Positions 9,597 through 19,415 of a DNA stretch of 64,000 nt are shown here, piece after piece. The notes under the pieces are model-generated. The model was not told where the DNA came from, did no database searches, and saw only the letters and a list, made by a program, of their open reading frames with translations. Numbering within the stretch: the stretch's first letter is position 1; the number at the start of each line of letters is the position of its first letter. Both the position numbers and the translations under genes were made by a program. Origin of the DNA: Spirochaetia bacterium (GTDB taxonomy: Bacteria; Spirochaetota; Spirochaetia; SZUA-6; Bin103); the NCBI GenBank assembly GCA_965203905.1, contig CBDBDQ010000005.1, positions 2,336,001 to 2,400,000 on the forward strand, given 5' to 3'.

Positions 9597-10352
9597 ATGA
9601 GCGAGTGGACCATCGCGCAGGAGGATCCCGAGCATTTCCAGCAGCATCGCGCGCAGGGATGTATCATCCCGTACTGGAAGTTTCCCCATCCGGCGTTCGC
9701 CGAGTTGCTCGCCGACCCGCGCGCGCTGGCCGTGTTCGCGGCCATGGGGTTCGAGCGGCCGCGGGCGTGGAGCGGGTTCGTGATCAGCAAGCCGCCGCAC
9801 GCTCCGCCGCTCTACTGGCACCAGGACGGGGTGCTGTGGGACCACCCGATCAGCTACACCGACCGGCCGCAGCAGTACTTCCTGATGTACTACCTGGTGG
9901 ACACCACCCGCGACAACGGCTGTCTGCGGGTGATCCCGGGCTCGCACCTGAAGCGCCATCCGCTGCACGACCTGCCGCGCCAGGCACACGAGACGGACCA
10001 GGTGGGAACCGCCGCCAACCTGGAGCACCCGGCCTTGCAGCCGGCCGCGGGCGAGGTGGACGTGCCGGTGCGCGCAGGCGACGTGGTGGTGGGCGACGCA
10101 CGCCTGCTCCACTCCGCCCACGCCAACCGCTCCGACCGGCGCCGCACGGTGCTCACCATCTGGTACTGGCCCGCCTACGACGAACTGCCCGAGGAGGTGC
10201 AGGCCCTGATCGCCGGACACGTCACCGAGCGGCCCGACTGGTGTGAGTGGGTCGAGCAGACCTGCTCCGTTATCGGCGACCTGATGCCGGTCTACCACGG
10301 CGCGACGGAGCCGGCCACGTGGAACAACCTCGCCGGCCCCGGGTTGAAGTGA
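9597..10352 (+). CDS. Phytanoyl-CoA dioxygenase (PhyH)-family 2OG-Fe(II) oxygenase
   Basis: WHQD, NGCLRVIPGSH and LLHSAHAN.S..RRT motifs. Confidence 0.88.
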   Translation: MSEWTIAQEDPEHFQQHRAQGCIIPYWKFPHPAFAELLADPRALAVFAAMGFERPRAWSGFVISKPPHAPPLYWHQDGVLWDHPISYTDRPQQYFLMYYLVDTTRDNGCLRVIPGSHLKRHPLHDLPRQAHETDQVGTAANLEHPALQPAAGEVDVPVRAGDVVVGDARLLHSAHANRSDRRRTVLTIWYWPAYDELPEEVQALIAGHVTERPDWCEWVEQTCSVIGDLMPVYHGATEPATWNNLAGPGLK

Positions 10353-10354
10353 CC

Positions 10355-11062
10355 ATGGACACCCTCGCACTGCTGCGCGCGGCGAGCACCGCCACCCTGA
10401 CCACCGTGCTCAAGGAACACGGGCTGCGCAACACCTTCATGCACGGGGTGGCGCCGCTGCGGCCCGACTGCCGCGTGGCCGGCCCGGCCTTCACCCTGCG
10501 CTACATACCGGCGCGCGAGGACCTGGACGACCGCCCGGTCGACAACCTCACTGATGCCCAGCGTGTCGCGATCGAGCGCGTGCAGCCGGGGAGCGTGTTC
10601 GTGATCGACGCCCGCGGCGACACCCGCGCCGGCACCCTCGGCTCCATCCTGGCCACCCGGCTGCAGCACCGCGGCGCCGCCGGCATCGTCACCGACGGCG
10701 CCTACCGCGACACCCCGGCCATCCGCGACCTCGCCATGGGCTGCTACGCGGCGGCGATGAACGCCCACACCAACAAGACCATCCACCACCCCAGCGAGTA
10801 CCAGGTACCGATCGCCTGCGGCGGCGTGGCCGTGTTCCCGGGCGACATCATTGCCGGCGACGGCGAGGGAGTGGTCGTGGTCCCGGCTCACCTCGCCGCC
10901 GAAGTGGCGGCCGCCGCCGCCGAGCAGGAACGCCTTGAAGAATTCCTCCTGCGCCGGGTCCAGGGCGGCGCCAGCATCGTCGGCACCTACCCCCCGGACG
11001 AGGACGTGCTCCGCGCCTACCGCGAATCGCAGCGTCCCGAAACCGGCGAGGGATCGCGTTGA
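10355..11062 (+). CDS. RraA/HMG-aldolase family protein
   Basis: GPAFTLRY, VIDARG, GIVTDGAYRD and VFPGDIIAGDGEGVVVVP motifs. Confidence 0.88.
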   Translation: MDTLALLRAASTATLTTVLKEHGLRNTFMHGVAPLRPDCRVAGPAFTLRYIPAREDLDDRPVDNLTDAQRVAIERVQPGSVFVIDARGDTRAGTLGSILATRLQHRGAAGIVTDGAYRDTPAIRDLAMGCYAAAMNAHTNKTIHHPSEYQVPIACGGVAVFPGDIIAGDGEGVVVVPAHLAAEVAAAAAEQERLEEFLLRRVQGGASIVGTYPPDEDVLRAYRESQRPETGEGSR

Positions 11063-12150
11063 GCGCAGACCACCGCGACCATCCCGAGATCACGTCGATC
11101 AGCATTGAGGGATTCAAGAGCATCGAACGTATCAAGGATCTGCCTCTGCGCCCGATCAACGTCCTCATCGGCGCGAACGGCTCGGGCAAGTCCAACTTCA
11201 TCGGGGTGTTCTCGTTGCTGCAAGCTAAGCGTGACAACACGGTCGACGAGTATGTCGAGCGATCAGGGGGCGCCGACCGGATACTGCACTTCGGGTCGAA
11301 GATCACGGACAAGCTGAAAGTTGTAGTCAACTTCAGCGGCAATGCGTGGTTCGAGTTGGCCCTGGTGGTAGCCGAAGACGATCGCGTGGTGGTCACGAGC
11401 CGCGTGCCATTCGGTGGCAGAATGTTGATAAGAGAGGGCAGCACCGGTGTGACCCAACTCATGCGGGATCAACTCCAGCGGTTCCGTGTTTACCACTTCC
11501 ACGACACCGGTCCGACCGCGCCGATGAAGCGGACTGCAGATATTCACGACAACCGGTATTTGCGGGAAGACGGATCCAATCTTGCCGCATTGCTCTACCG
11601 TCTGCTGCACAAGGAGCAGACGCCGTACGAGATGATCGTGCGTACCGTACGGCTGGTAGCTCCCTTCTTTGACGATTTCGTGCTCAAGCCGCTGGCGCTG
11701 AACGAGGACAAGATCCGCCTGCAGTGGCGCCACCGCGGCTCGGACGCCTATTTCGACGCCTCATCGCTGTCGGATGGTTCGCTGCGCTTCATGGCTTTGG
11801 CGACCCTGCTGCTGCAGCCGGCCAACCTCCAGCCCTCCATCATTCTGCTGGACGAGCCCGAACTGGGCCTGCATCCATACGCGATCACCATCTTCTGTTC
11901 GCTCGTAAAGCAGTGCTCCGCCGACAGGCAGATCGTGCTCGCTACCCAGTCGCCGCTGGTTGTGGACCATTTCGAGCCGGAGGACGTGCTCGTGGCCGAT
12001 CGCGTCGATGGCCGAACCGAGCTCACACGTCTTGAGCGGGACAGGTTGGCCAAGTGGCTGCAGGACTACAGCCTCGGGGAGCTCTGGCAGAAAAACGAAC
12101 TCGGCGGCCGTCCCGCCCCTGAGGCACCCGGGAAGGATCGCACCGGGTGA
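11059..12150 (+). CDS. AAA_21/COG4637-type ABC-like ATPase
   Basis: GANGSGKSN Walker A, LSDGSLRF signature, ILLDEPELGLHP and ATQSP. Confidence 0.9.
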   Translation: MSADHRDHPEITSISIEGFKSIERIKDLPLRPINVLIGANGSGKSNFIGVFSLLQAKRDNTVDEYVERSGGADRILHFGSKITDKLKVVVNFSGNAWFELALVVAEDDRVVVTSRVPFGGRMLIREGSTGVTQLMRDQLQRFRVYHFHDTGPTAPMKRTADIHDNRYLREDGSNLAALLYRLLHKEQTPYEMIVRTVRLVAPFFDDFVLKPLALNEDKIRLQWRHRGSDAYFDASSLSDGSLRFMALATLLLQPANLQPSIILLDEPELGLHPYAITIFCSLVKQCSADRQIVLATQSPLVVDHFEPEDVLVADRVDGRTELTRLERDRLAKWLQDYSLGELWQKNELGGRPAPEAPGKDRTG

Positions 12151-12265
12151 GCAGATCGGCCTGCCCGCCATGCGCGCCGCATGCCCCGGATTCCGGCGTT
12201 GGCTGGAACGCCTGGAGAGGCTGGGACCTGACCACCGATCGGCCTCCAGCGCCACAAGCTGCTGA
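12147..12265 (+). pseudogene. Remnant of DUF4276-like partner gene
   Basis: A GTG overlapping the ATPase stop is followed by only a C-terminal-type segment EQIGLPAMRAACPGFRRWLERLE, in a different frame. Confidence 0.65.
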
Positions 12266-12534
12266 CGGGTGCGAAGTTGCTCGGAGCCATCCTCCCGATG
12301 CTCCGAATTGAACCCTACTGGCGTCACATCCCTGGTTCCCGGCAGTGACTCTCGCCACGCCTCGTAGAGCACCACGGGGACCAAGACTCATTCGTATCGC
12401 TCGGCCCGACCCTCAAGTCTCTGCAAACGACGATCGGCCTTGGTTTCCGGGTCGGCGAGGATCAGCCGATCTAAGATCTCCGCCATCCCAGAGAAGATTC
12501 CGCTGCTGTCTGCACTGCAGACCATCGACAGTAA

Positions 12535-12587
12535 TGTATGATTTTATATCAGTCAACGTATGATACGTTTATATCCTGTATGATTTT
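12535..12587. promoter_or_regulatory. Putative operator array upstream of the XRE-ImmA gene
   Basis: GTATGAT at 12536, 12558 and 12578. Perfect 7-1-7 palindrome AACGTAT-G-ATACGTT at 12555-12569. TTTATATC occurs twice. Confidence 0.55.
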
Positions 12588-12624
12588 CCGTCGTGGGAAC
12601 GCCGCACGACTGGTAGGGAGAGGG

Positions 12625-13866
12625 ATGATGGAGGCATGGGAGCTTGGGAGCAGGTTGCGTTTGGCGCGTGAGGCAAGGGGCCTCAGTCAGCAAGCAGTGG
12701 CTTCCGAGCTTGGGGTGCCGCGGACTGCCATCGGGGGACTGGAGGCCGGTAGTCGTTCGGTGTCGACGCTGGAGTTGACCAGACTCTCGGAACTCTACCT
12801 TCGACCTGTCGCTGATCTCCTACAGGGAGGAGCGCGGGACGAGGATGAGGACGTCGTGGTGGCCCTGCTTCGCGCGGCACCCGGGCTGGAACAGGATACG
12901 GCGATGGGCGACCAAGTGGCCCGGTGTGTCAGCCTGTGCCGTGAGGGGGTCAGGCTGGAGCGCCTGCTCGGCGCCGAAGTTCGCTCCGGTCCGCCGAGCT
13001 ACCAGGCTCGGGTACCTCGTTACTCGGGAGAAGCCGTGGCGCAAGGCGAACAGACCGCGGAACAGGAGCGAAGGCGCCTTGGCCTCGGCGACGGGCCCAT
13101 CTCCGACATCGCCGATCTGATTGCCTCGCAGGGGATCTGGGCGTCGGGAGTTGAGCTCCCCGACAAGATGTCCGGCCTGTTTCTACGGCACCCGAGCGTC
13201 GGGGTAGCGATTCTCGTGAATACAACGCATGCGCGCGGCCGAAAACGTTTCTCGTATGCACATGAGTACGCCCATGCCTTGCTTGACCGCGACCGGGACA
13301 TGGCGATTTCCAGCACGGACAACGCGTCCGAATTGGTGGAGACGCGCGCGAACGCATTAGCTGCGGCGTTCCTCATGCCGGGAACCGGGATCTACGGTGC
13401 GCTGCGAAGCCTGGACAAGGGCCTGCCGAGTCGGCAGCAGCAGACTGTCTTCGATGTTGCCACCGCGGGACGAATCGACGCCGAGTTGCGCTCGCCGGCC
13501 GGTTCCCAGCGCATCACGTACAAGGACGTCGCCATGGTGGCACACCACTTCGGGGTGAGCTACCAGGCGGCCGCCTATCGGTTGAAGAGCCTCCGCCACG
13601 TCTCCCATCCCGAGTCCCATGGCCTTCTCGGACAGGCGGACTTCGGGCGGGAGTATCTGAAAGCCCTCCGCATGTTCAGCGATGTTGGCGAACCCGAGCC
13701 CCATGACTACCGAGATCGAGAGCTCCGCAGCGAGATCACCCATCTTGCAATAGAGGCGTATCGCCGCGCGGAGATTTCTCGCGGTCGCATTCTGGAGCTC
13801 AGCAGGGCGCTGAGGATCCCCGGCGATACTCTGCTTCGTCTGGCTCAGGTGGCACGTGGGGACTGA
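12625..13866 (+). CDS. XRE HTH-ImmA/IrrE (M78) metallopeptidase fusion
   Basis: N-terminal HTH LRLAREARGLSQQAVASELGV. RKRFSYAHEYAH (HExxH) and ETRANALAAAFLMP. Confidence 0.92.
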   Translation: MMEAWELGSRLRLAREARGLSQQAVASELGVPRTAIGGLEAGSRSVSTLELTRLSELYLRPVADLLQGGARDEDEDVVVALLRAAPGLEQDTAMGDQVARCVSLCREGVRLERLLGAEVRSGPPSYQARVPRYSGEAVAQGEQTAEQERRRLGLGDGPISDIADLIASQGIWASGVELPDKMSGLFLRHPSVGVAILVNTTHARGRKRFSYAHEYAHALLDRDRDMAISSTDNASELVETRANALAAAFLMPGTGIYGALRSLDKGLPSRQQQTVFDVATAGRIDAELRSPAGSQRITYKDVAMVAHHFGVSYQAAAYRLKSLRHVSHPESHGLLGQADFGREYLKALRMFSDVGEPEPHDYRDRELRSEITHLAIEAYRRAEISRGRILELSRALRIPGDTLLRLAQVARGD

Positions 13867-13874
13867 TCCTGCTC

Positions 13875-14390
13875 GTGGGCAAAGGGCCACCCACCGTCGT
13901 AACCGATGCGTCGGTGTTGTTGAACTTTCTCAGTATCGACCGGATGGATCTTCTTGCCCGTCATTCCCACCGATTCGTGATCACGGATCATGTCGCTGCG
14001 GAGGTTGCCGATCGATATCCCCACCAGCAGCAGCGGTTGGCCGCCGCGGTGAGCGCGGGCGTCGTTCTGCAGACGAGCGTCCGCAGCCCCGCGGAGATGT
14101 CTTTCTTCGGCGAGTTGTCGGCGTCCGGGCGGTTGGGGGCAGGTGAGTGCTCCGCCATCGCCGTTGCGGTGTACCGGCACCTCACCTTGGCGATCGATGA
14201 TCGCCAAGCTGTGAAGCAAGCGCGGCGCACGGACCCGGTACTCCGTATTCTCACCACCCAGGATCTGGTTGTCTCCATGATCGGCGAGGGCATTCTCGAC
14301 ATAGCAGACGCGGACCGTATCAAGGATGAGTGGGCTGTCCGGCACCGATTCCGCCTCAAGCTACGGAGCTTCCGGGAGATCTGTCGGTAG
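13875..14390 (+). CDS. PIN-like domain protein (DUF3368/COG2405-like)
   Basis: VVTDASVLLNF, LGAGECSAIAVA and LAIDDRQA motifs. Confidence 0.8.
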   Translation: MGKGPPTVVTDASVLLNFLSIDRMDLLARHSHRFVITDHVAAEVADRYPHQQQRLAAAVSAGVVLQTSVRSPAEMSFFGELSASGRLGAGECSAIAVAVYRHLTLAIDDRQAVKQARRTDPVLRILTTQDLVVSMIGEGILDIADADRIKDEWAVRHRFRLKLRSFREICR

Positions 14391-14608
14391 CCGAGACGTG
14401 GTCCGCAGCGAGTTCGACCGGGTGGACGGCGTGCGCAGCGCACGAGATGCCGGACTTGAGGTAGGCGGATCTCCGATATACTGCCGGGGCCAGCAGATTC
14501 GCGCATCGACTTCGAGAGAGTCAGCACGGTCACTCCGTGACACGGAAGACCATGAAAACGGCGCATGGAGCAGTACACGGTGGCAGCCATTTTCGGACCA
14601 GTCAGGCA

Positions 14609-15760
14609 ATGAGAGCCGAGCCGAGTACCGGGATCCCGCAGCCGAGCCACGCCGAAGCCGAGGCGGTGGTTCCCGAGGCGCGTTCGCAGGGGGCGCTGAT
14701 CTGGCTGCGCTTCAAGAAGCACCGGGTTGCGACGGTGTCCCTGGGGGTGCTCGCGGTGCTTGCGGTGCTGGGCCTGTTCGCCGAGTTCTTCATCCCCAAC
14801 TCGCCGTTCGAGCAGTTCAAGGGGTACAACTACGCACCGCCCCGTCCGTTGCGCTTCGTCGCGGCGGACGGCTCCTTTCACCTGGTACCCTTCATCTACG
14901 ACTACGAGAAGAAGCTCGATCCCGAGACCTTCCTGCAGGCGTGGTCCGAGATCGAGGAGCGCCGCTACCACCTGCGGCTCTTCGTGCGCGGTTTCGAGTA
15001 CCGGCTGCTGGGGTTGATCCCCGCCGACCTGCACCTGTTCGGGCTGGAGGAGGGGGCGCCGCCGCTGCTGCTGTTCGGCTCGGACCGCATCAGCCGCGAC
15101 CTCTTCAGCCGCACCATCTTCGCCACCCGCGTATCGATCAGCGTGGCGCTGTTCGGGGTGTTCATCGTGATCGTGATCGGGGTCAGCCTGGGTGCGATCT
15201 CCGGCTACTTCGGCGGCCTGGTGGACGACGCCATTCAGCGCGTCAGCGAGCTGCTGCTGGCGGTCCCCAAGCTGCCGCTGTGGCTGGCGCTGGCCGCCGC
15301 GGTGCCGCGCGACATGCCGACCATGGAACGCTACGTGCTGATCGTTATCATCGCCTCGCTGACCTCCTGGCCCGGCGTCGCCCGCGGGGTGAGGAGCAAG
15401 CTGATCTCGCTGCGCAGCGAGGACTTCGTGCTGGCGGCGCGCAGCTACGGCTCCAGCGACCGGCGCATCATCTTCCGCTACCTGGTGCCCAACTTCACCA
15501 GCTACATCATCGTCGCCATCTCGCTCGGCATTCCGGCGATGATCCTGTTCGAGACTTCGCTCAGCTTCCTCGGCATCGGGCTGCAGTCCCCGGCCATCAG
15601 TTGGGGCGTGCTGCTGGAGCAGGCGCAGAGCTACACCAACGTGATCTTCAACCCGTGGCTGATGATTCCGGGAATCTTCGTCGTGGTCGCCATCCTGGCG
15701 TTCAACTTCGTCGGCGACGGCATTCGCGACGCGGCCGACCCGTACGAGAAGCTGACGTGA
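14609..15760 (+). CDS. Dpp/Opp ABC transporter permease (C-type)
   Basis: LIWLRFKKHR, FGSDRISRDLFSR, EDFVLAARSYG and AFNFVGDGIRDAADP motifs. Start position approximate. Confidence 0.9.
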   Translation: MRAEPSTGIPQPSHAEAEAVVPEARSQGALIWLRFKKHRVATVSLGVLAVLAVLGLFAEFFIPNSPFEQFKGYNYAPPRPLRFVAADGSFHLVPFIYDYEKKLDPETFLQAWSEIEERRYHLRLFVRGFEYRLLGLIPADLHLFGLEEGAPPLLLFGSDRISRDLFSRTIFATRVSISVALFGVFIVIVIGVSLGAISGYFGGLVDDAIQRVSELLLAVPKLPLWLALAAAVPRDMPTMERYVLIVIIASLTSWPGVARGVRSKLISLRSEDFVLAARSYGSSDRRIIFRYLVPNFTSYIIVAISLGIPAMILFETSLSFLGIGLQSPAISWGVLLEQAQSYTNVIFNPWLMIPGIFVVVAILAFNFVGDGIRDAADPYEKLT

Positions 15761-16791
15761 GCCGGCAGCGCGAGGTGCAGGCGGCGCCCGCCGGCCGCGA
15801 CTCGCGGGCCGACCTGCCGCTGCTCGAAGTGGAGGACCTGAGGACCTGGTTCGATACCCCGGACGGCGTGGTCAAGGCGGTGGACGGGGTGAGCTTCAGC
15901 GTCGCGCAGGGCGAGGTGCTGGGCATCGTCGGCGAGAGCGGCTGCGGCAAGAGCGTGACCGCGGCGTCGATCCTGCAGATCGTGACTCCGCCCGGGCGGC
16001 TGGCCGGCGGCCACATCTTCTACCATCACGCCGGTGCGCGCACCGACATCGCCGCGCTTTCGCCCAGGGACCCTCGCATCAGGGCGATCCGGGGCAACGA
16101 GATCGCGATGATCTTCCAGGAGCCGATGGCCGCTTTCAGCCCGGTGTTCACCATCGGCAACCAGCTCTCCGAGGCGATCCTGCTGCACTCCGAAGTGGGC
16201 AAGGCGCAGGCGCGCGAGCGGGCGGTCGGCCTGCTGGAGCGGGTCGGCATCGCGGCGCCGGCGCAGCGCTTCGACCAGTACCCGCACGAGCTGAGCGGCG
16301 GCATGCGGCAGCGGGCGATGATCGCCATGGCCCTGTCCTGCAACCCCAGCCTGCTGATCGCCGACGAGCCCACCACCGCGCTGGACGTCACCATCGAAGC
16401 GCAGATCCTGACGCTGCTGCGTGATCTGCAGCGCGAGTACCGGATGGCGATCATGCTCATCACCCACGACCTGGGGGTGGTCGCGGAGCTGGCCCACCGG
16501 GTGGCGGTGATGTACCTGGGCCGGATCGTGGAGCTCACCGACGTGCGCACCATCTACTACGAGCCCAAGCATCCCTACACGTTGGGGCTGCTCAACTCGA
16601 TCCCGCTCATCGGCCCGCGCGAGCGGCGCCGGCTGGACCTGATCAGCGGGGCGGTGCCGAGTCCCCTGGCGACGCCAGCCGGCTGCCGGTTCGCACCGCG
16701 CTGCCCCTACCGCTTCGAGGAGTGCGACCGCGATCCGCCCATGACGCCGGTCGCCGAGCGCCACGCGGTGCGCTGCTGGCTGTATGGCTGA
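15757..16791 (+). CDS. Dpp/Opp ABC ATP-binding subunit (D-type)
   Basis: [30 protein letters not shown] and GCRFAPRC motifs. GTG start overlaps the permease stop. Confidence 0.92.
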   Translation: MSRQREVQAAPAGRDSRADLPLLEVEDLRTWFDTPDGVVKAVDGVSFSVAQGEVLGIVGESGCGKSVTAASILQIVTPPGRLAGGHIFYHHAGARTDIAALSPRDPRIRAIRGNEIAMIFQEPMAAFSPVFTIGNQLSEAILLHSEVGKAQARERAVGLLERVGIAAPAQRFDQYPHELSGGMRQRAMIAMALSCNPSLLIADEPTTALDVTIEAQILTLLRDLQREYRMAIMLITHDLGVVAELAHRVAVMYLGRIVELTDVRTIYYEPKHPYTLGLLNSIPLIGPRERRRLDLISGAVPSPLATPAGCRFAPRCPYRFEECDRDPPMTPVAERHAVRCWLYG

Positions 16792-16796
16792 GCGGC

Positions 16797-17888
16797 ATGG
16801 CTGACAACGGCGTGCTGCTGGAGGTGCGCGGGTTGAAGGTGCACTTCCCGATCAAGACCGGCCTGCTGCGGCGCGTCACCGGCTCGGTGAAGGCGGTGGA
16901 CGGGGTGGACTTCTTCGTGCGCGAGGGCGAGACCCTGGGCCTGGTGGGCGAGAGCGGCTGCGGCAAGACCTCGACCGGCCGCGCCGTCGCCCGCCTGATC
17001 CCGGCCAGCGCCGGCCGGGTCGAGTACCGGGGGCGCGACGGCACCGTGCACAGCCTGCTGGAGCTGGAGCGGGAGCAGCTCAAGGAGCTGCGCAGGGAGA
17101 TCCAGATCGTGTTTCAGGATCCCTACGCATCGCTCAACCCGCGCATGACGGTGGGCACCATCGTCGGCGCCCCGCTGGTGGTGTACGGCATCGGCGACCG
17201 CGAGGCTCGCCGCGAGCGGGTGCGCGAGCTGCTGGCGCTGGTGGGGCTGTCGCCCGAGCACGTGAACCGCTTCCCGCACGAGTTCAGCGGCGGCCAGCGG
17301 CAGCGCATTGGCATCGCCCGCGCCATGGCGCTCGATCCGCGGCTGATCATCTGCGACGAGCCGGTATCGGCCCTGGACGTCTCGGTACAGGCGCAGATCC
17401 TGAATCTGCTGGAGGAGCTGAAGGAGCAGCTCCAGCTCAGCTACCTGTTCATCGCCCACGACCTGAGCGTGATCCACCACGTCAGCGACCGGGTGGCGGT
17501 GATGTACCTGGGCAAGATCGTCGAGCAGGCCGACAGCGAGGCGCTGTACCAGGCCCCCAAACACCCCTATACGGAAGCGCTGATGTCCGCCATTCCGGCG
17601 CCGGACCCGGAGATCGAGCCCGATCACATCCTGCTCGCCGGCGAGGTGGCGGATCCCTCCGACCCGCCGCCCGGCTGCGCCTTCCATCCCCGCTGCCGCT
17701 ACGCGGCGGAGCAGTGCCGTACCCGGCAGCCGGCGCTCGGCCCGGTGGACGGCGCCGCCGGGCGGCTCGTCTCCTGCCACCTCGCGGCCGAGCTGGCGCT
17801 GCAGGCCGCGCCCCACCAGCACCTGGCCAGCCGCCACCTGACCCTCGACGCCGAAGCGCTGAGACGTTTGCGGCGCAATCCGCGCTGA
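16797..17888 (+). CDS. Dpp/Opp ABC ATP-binding subunit (F-type)
   Basis: [20 protein letters not shown] and CDEPVSALD motifs. Confidence 0.92.
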   Translation: MADNGVLLEVRGLKVHFPIKTGLLRRVTGSVKAVDGVDFFVREGETLGLVGESGCGKTSTGRAVARLIPASAGRVEYRGRDGTVHSLLELEREQLKELRREIQIVFQDPYASLNPRMTVGTIVGAPLVVYGIGDREARRERVRELLALVGLSPEHVNRFPHEFSGGQRQRIGIARAMALDPRLIICDEPVSALDVSVQAQILNLLEELKEQLQLSYLFIAHDLSVIHHVSDRVAVMYLGKIVEQADSEALYQAPKHPYTEALMSAIPAPDPEIEPDHILLAGEVADPSDPPPGCAFHPRCRYAAEQCRTRQPALGPVDGAAGRLVSCHLAAELALQAAPHQHLASRHLTLDAEALRRLRRNPR

Positions 17889-18388
17889 CGCCGGCTCCGC
17901 GGCAGGGCAGTCGGCAGCAGTCGGCACCGAAATCCTCGCCCAAGCACCGAATTCTCCATTCGCGAAGTCGCGAAGTCGCGAATTGGCGGAGTATTCCCGA
18001 ATCTACTCTGAAATGCGCCATTTCGCGATGGGTCGGATTCCTCGGCATGATCTCGAACCAGCGCAAGTAAGTCGTCTCGTTAAAATGAATTGATGAACAG
18101 TCAGCGGTGTAGAGCACCGAGATGGAAAGCGATCTGTCAAATTCACGAATTGGCGAACAGTCGCGAAACCCTCACAAACAATTCGCCATTTCGCGAGTGT
18201 ACCCGATCGAGTGGCAGCTTTAGTCAGGACCACCCTTGGGAGCACAAATCCATGCGTTTCAATAGTTTATGCAAAGATTCACCAGGTAGGCCGCGGATCA
18301 GGGTCGGCACGGCCGGGGTTGATTATCCATGGCACCGGGTACGATCCTGGTCATCAATCACATCTTAAACGAGACAAGGAGTCCCACG

Positions 18389-19240
18389 ATGATGAGTTTT
18401 CTCCGTACTGCACCAGCCATCCTCATGCTCGGTGCGCTGGTGCTGGCCGGCTGCAGAAGCTCGGTCGATATGCCGGATCCGGTGGATCCGGTACCTGACG
18501 TGGCGTATGCGATGCGCTGGTGGAATGTGCTGACCGCGCCGCAGATGGTGGCCGCGCTGTACGGCGACACCGCGACCGCGGCGCAGGAGGCGGCGGCGGC
18601 GAAGATGTACGCCGACCTGGACCCCGAGACCAAGAAGAAGGTGAACGCCGCGGCGGCCGAGATCTACGGCGAGGGCGGACACGCCAGCGTCGGGGCTTGG
18701 TGGGAGACGCTGGACTGCCGGCTGATGCGGGTGGCGGCCGGGGACGGCAACACCCACGACCCGATGAGTCCGTACTGCGCGCACTATCCGGGATCGGGTC
18801 ACGCGACGATCCTGGGCGCCGACGAGAAGGCGTTCGTCGACGTGGTTGGAATGGCCCTGCTAGGGCGCATGGATCCCGGTGTCTACCCGCCTCTGAACCC
18901 TCCGCAGTGGCTTCACGGAACCTGGTTGGTCGGCTGTGCTCCTGAGAACCCTGTCCCCATTACCTGGCAGTTCTCGGAGCACCAGATTGTGTTCGCATCC
19001 GGGGAGGACAGCTTGGACTTCCGCATGGTGGTGGAGAATACGCCGCAGGCGACGCTCTCGGAAGAGCACGGAGCTACCTGGTATCGCTTCGACTCTCAAC
19101 TCCCGGTCCCGGACGGCGAAGGCGTGACCTTGGCTCACGCCTGGAACCGGTTTGACATGACGGAGGATCCCTCGCGTGTCGCCTGGACCGGCAACCTGAG
19201 CACCACGCCCATTCCGATGTGCCTCCTCGAGAGCCAGTAG
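18389..19240 (+). CDS. Hypothetical lipoprotein with Trp-rich N-terminal domain
   Basis: AAGGAG RBS and lipobox LVLAGC. WWNVL...WWETLDC motifs, then a compositionally different C-terminal domain. Confidence 0.75.
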   Translation: MMSFLRTAPAILMLGALVLAGCRSSVDMPDPVDPVPDVAYAMRWWNVLTAPQMVAALYGDTATAAQEAAAAKMYADLDPETKKKVNAAAAEIYGEGGHASVGAWWETLDCRLMRVAAGDGNTHDPMSPYCAHYPGSGHATILGADEKAFVDVVGMALLGRMDPGVYPPLNPPQWLHGTWLVGCAPENPVPITWQFSEHQIVFASGEDSLDFRMVVENTPQATLSEEHGATWYRFDSQLPVPDGEGVTLAHAWNRFDMTEDPSRVAWTGNLSTTPIPMCLLESQ

Positions 19241-19253
19241 CCGCATCAACACC

Positions 19254-19288
19254 GAGATCAGGCGGGGCGACTACCCTCGCCTGATCTC
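19254..19288. terminator. Hairpin between convergent genes
   Basis: GAGATCAGGCG ... CGCCTGATCTC, an 11-bp stem. No clear U-tract. Confidence 0.5.
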
Positions 19289-19415
19289 CCGCTCTGGTTC
19301 ACGTTGCACCGTTCTGCAGGACCGCGGTGGCCCCGCGGCAGGCAGCAACGCTATACAGCAGCAACTCTATACAGTACGGCCGTTGTAACCGGCCGCGAGA
19401 CGCTCGGAGCCGTCA

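Noticed and set aside
12270-12490. Possible minus-strand gene fragment (MAEILDRLILADPETK...)
   Set aside because: It is interrupted by a stop codon and has no recognisable family, so it cannot be supported.
14326-16791. 821-aa fusion ORF ending in an ABC ATPase
   Set aside because: The N-terminal half is an off-frame read-through of the permease. The real start is the GTG at 15757.
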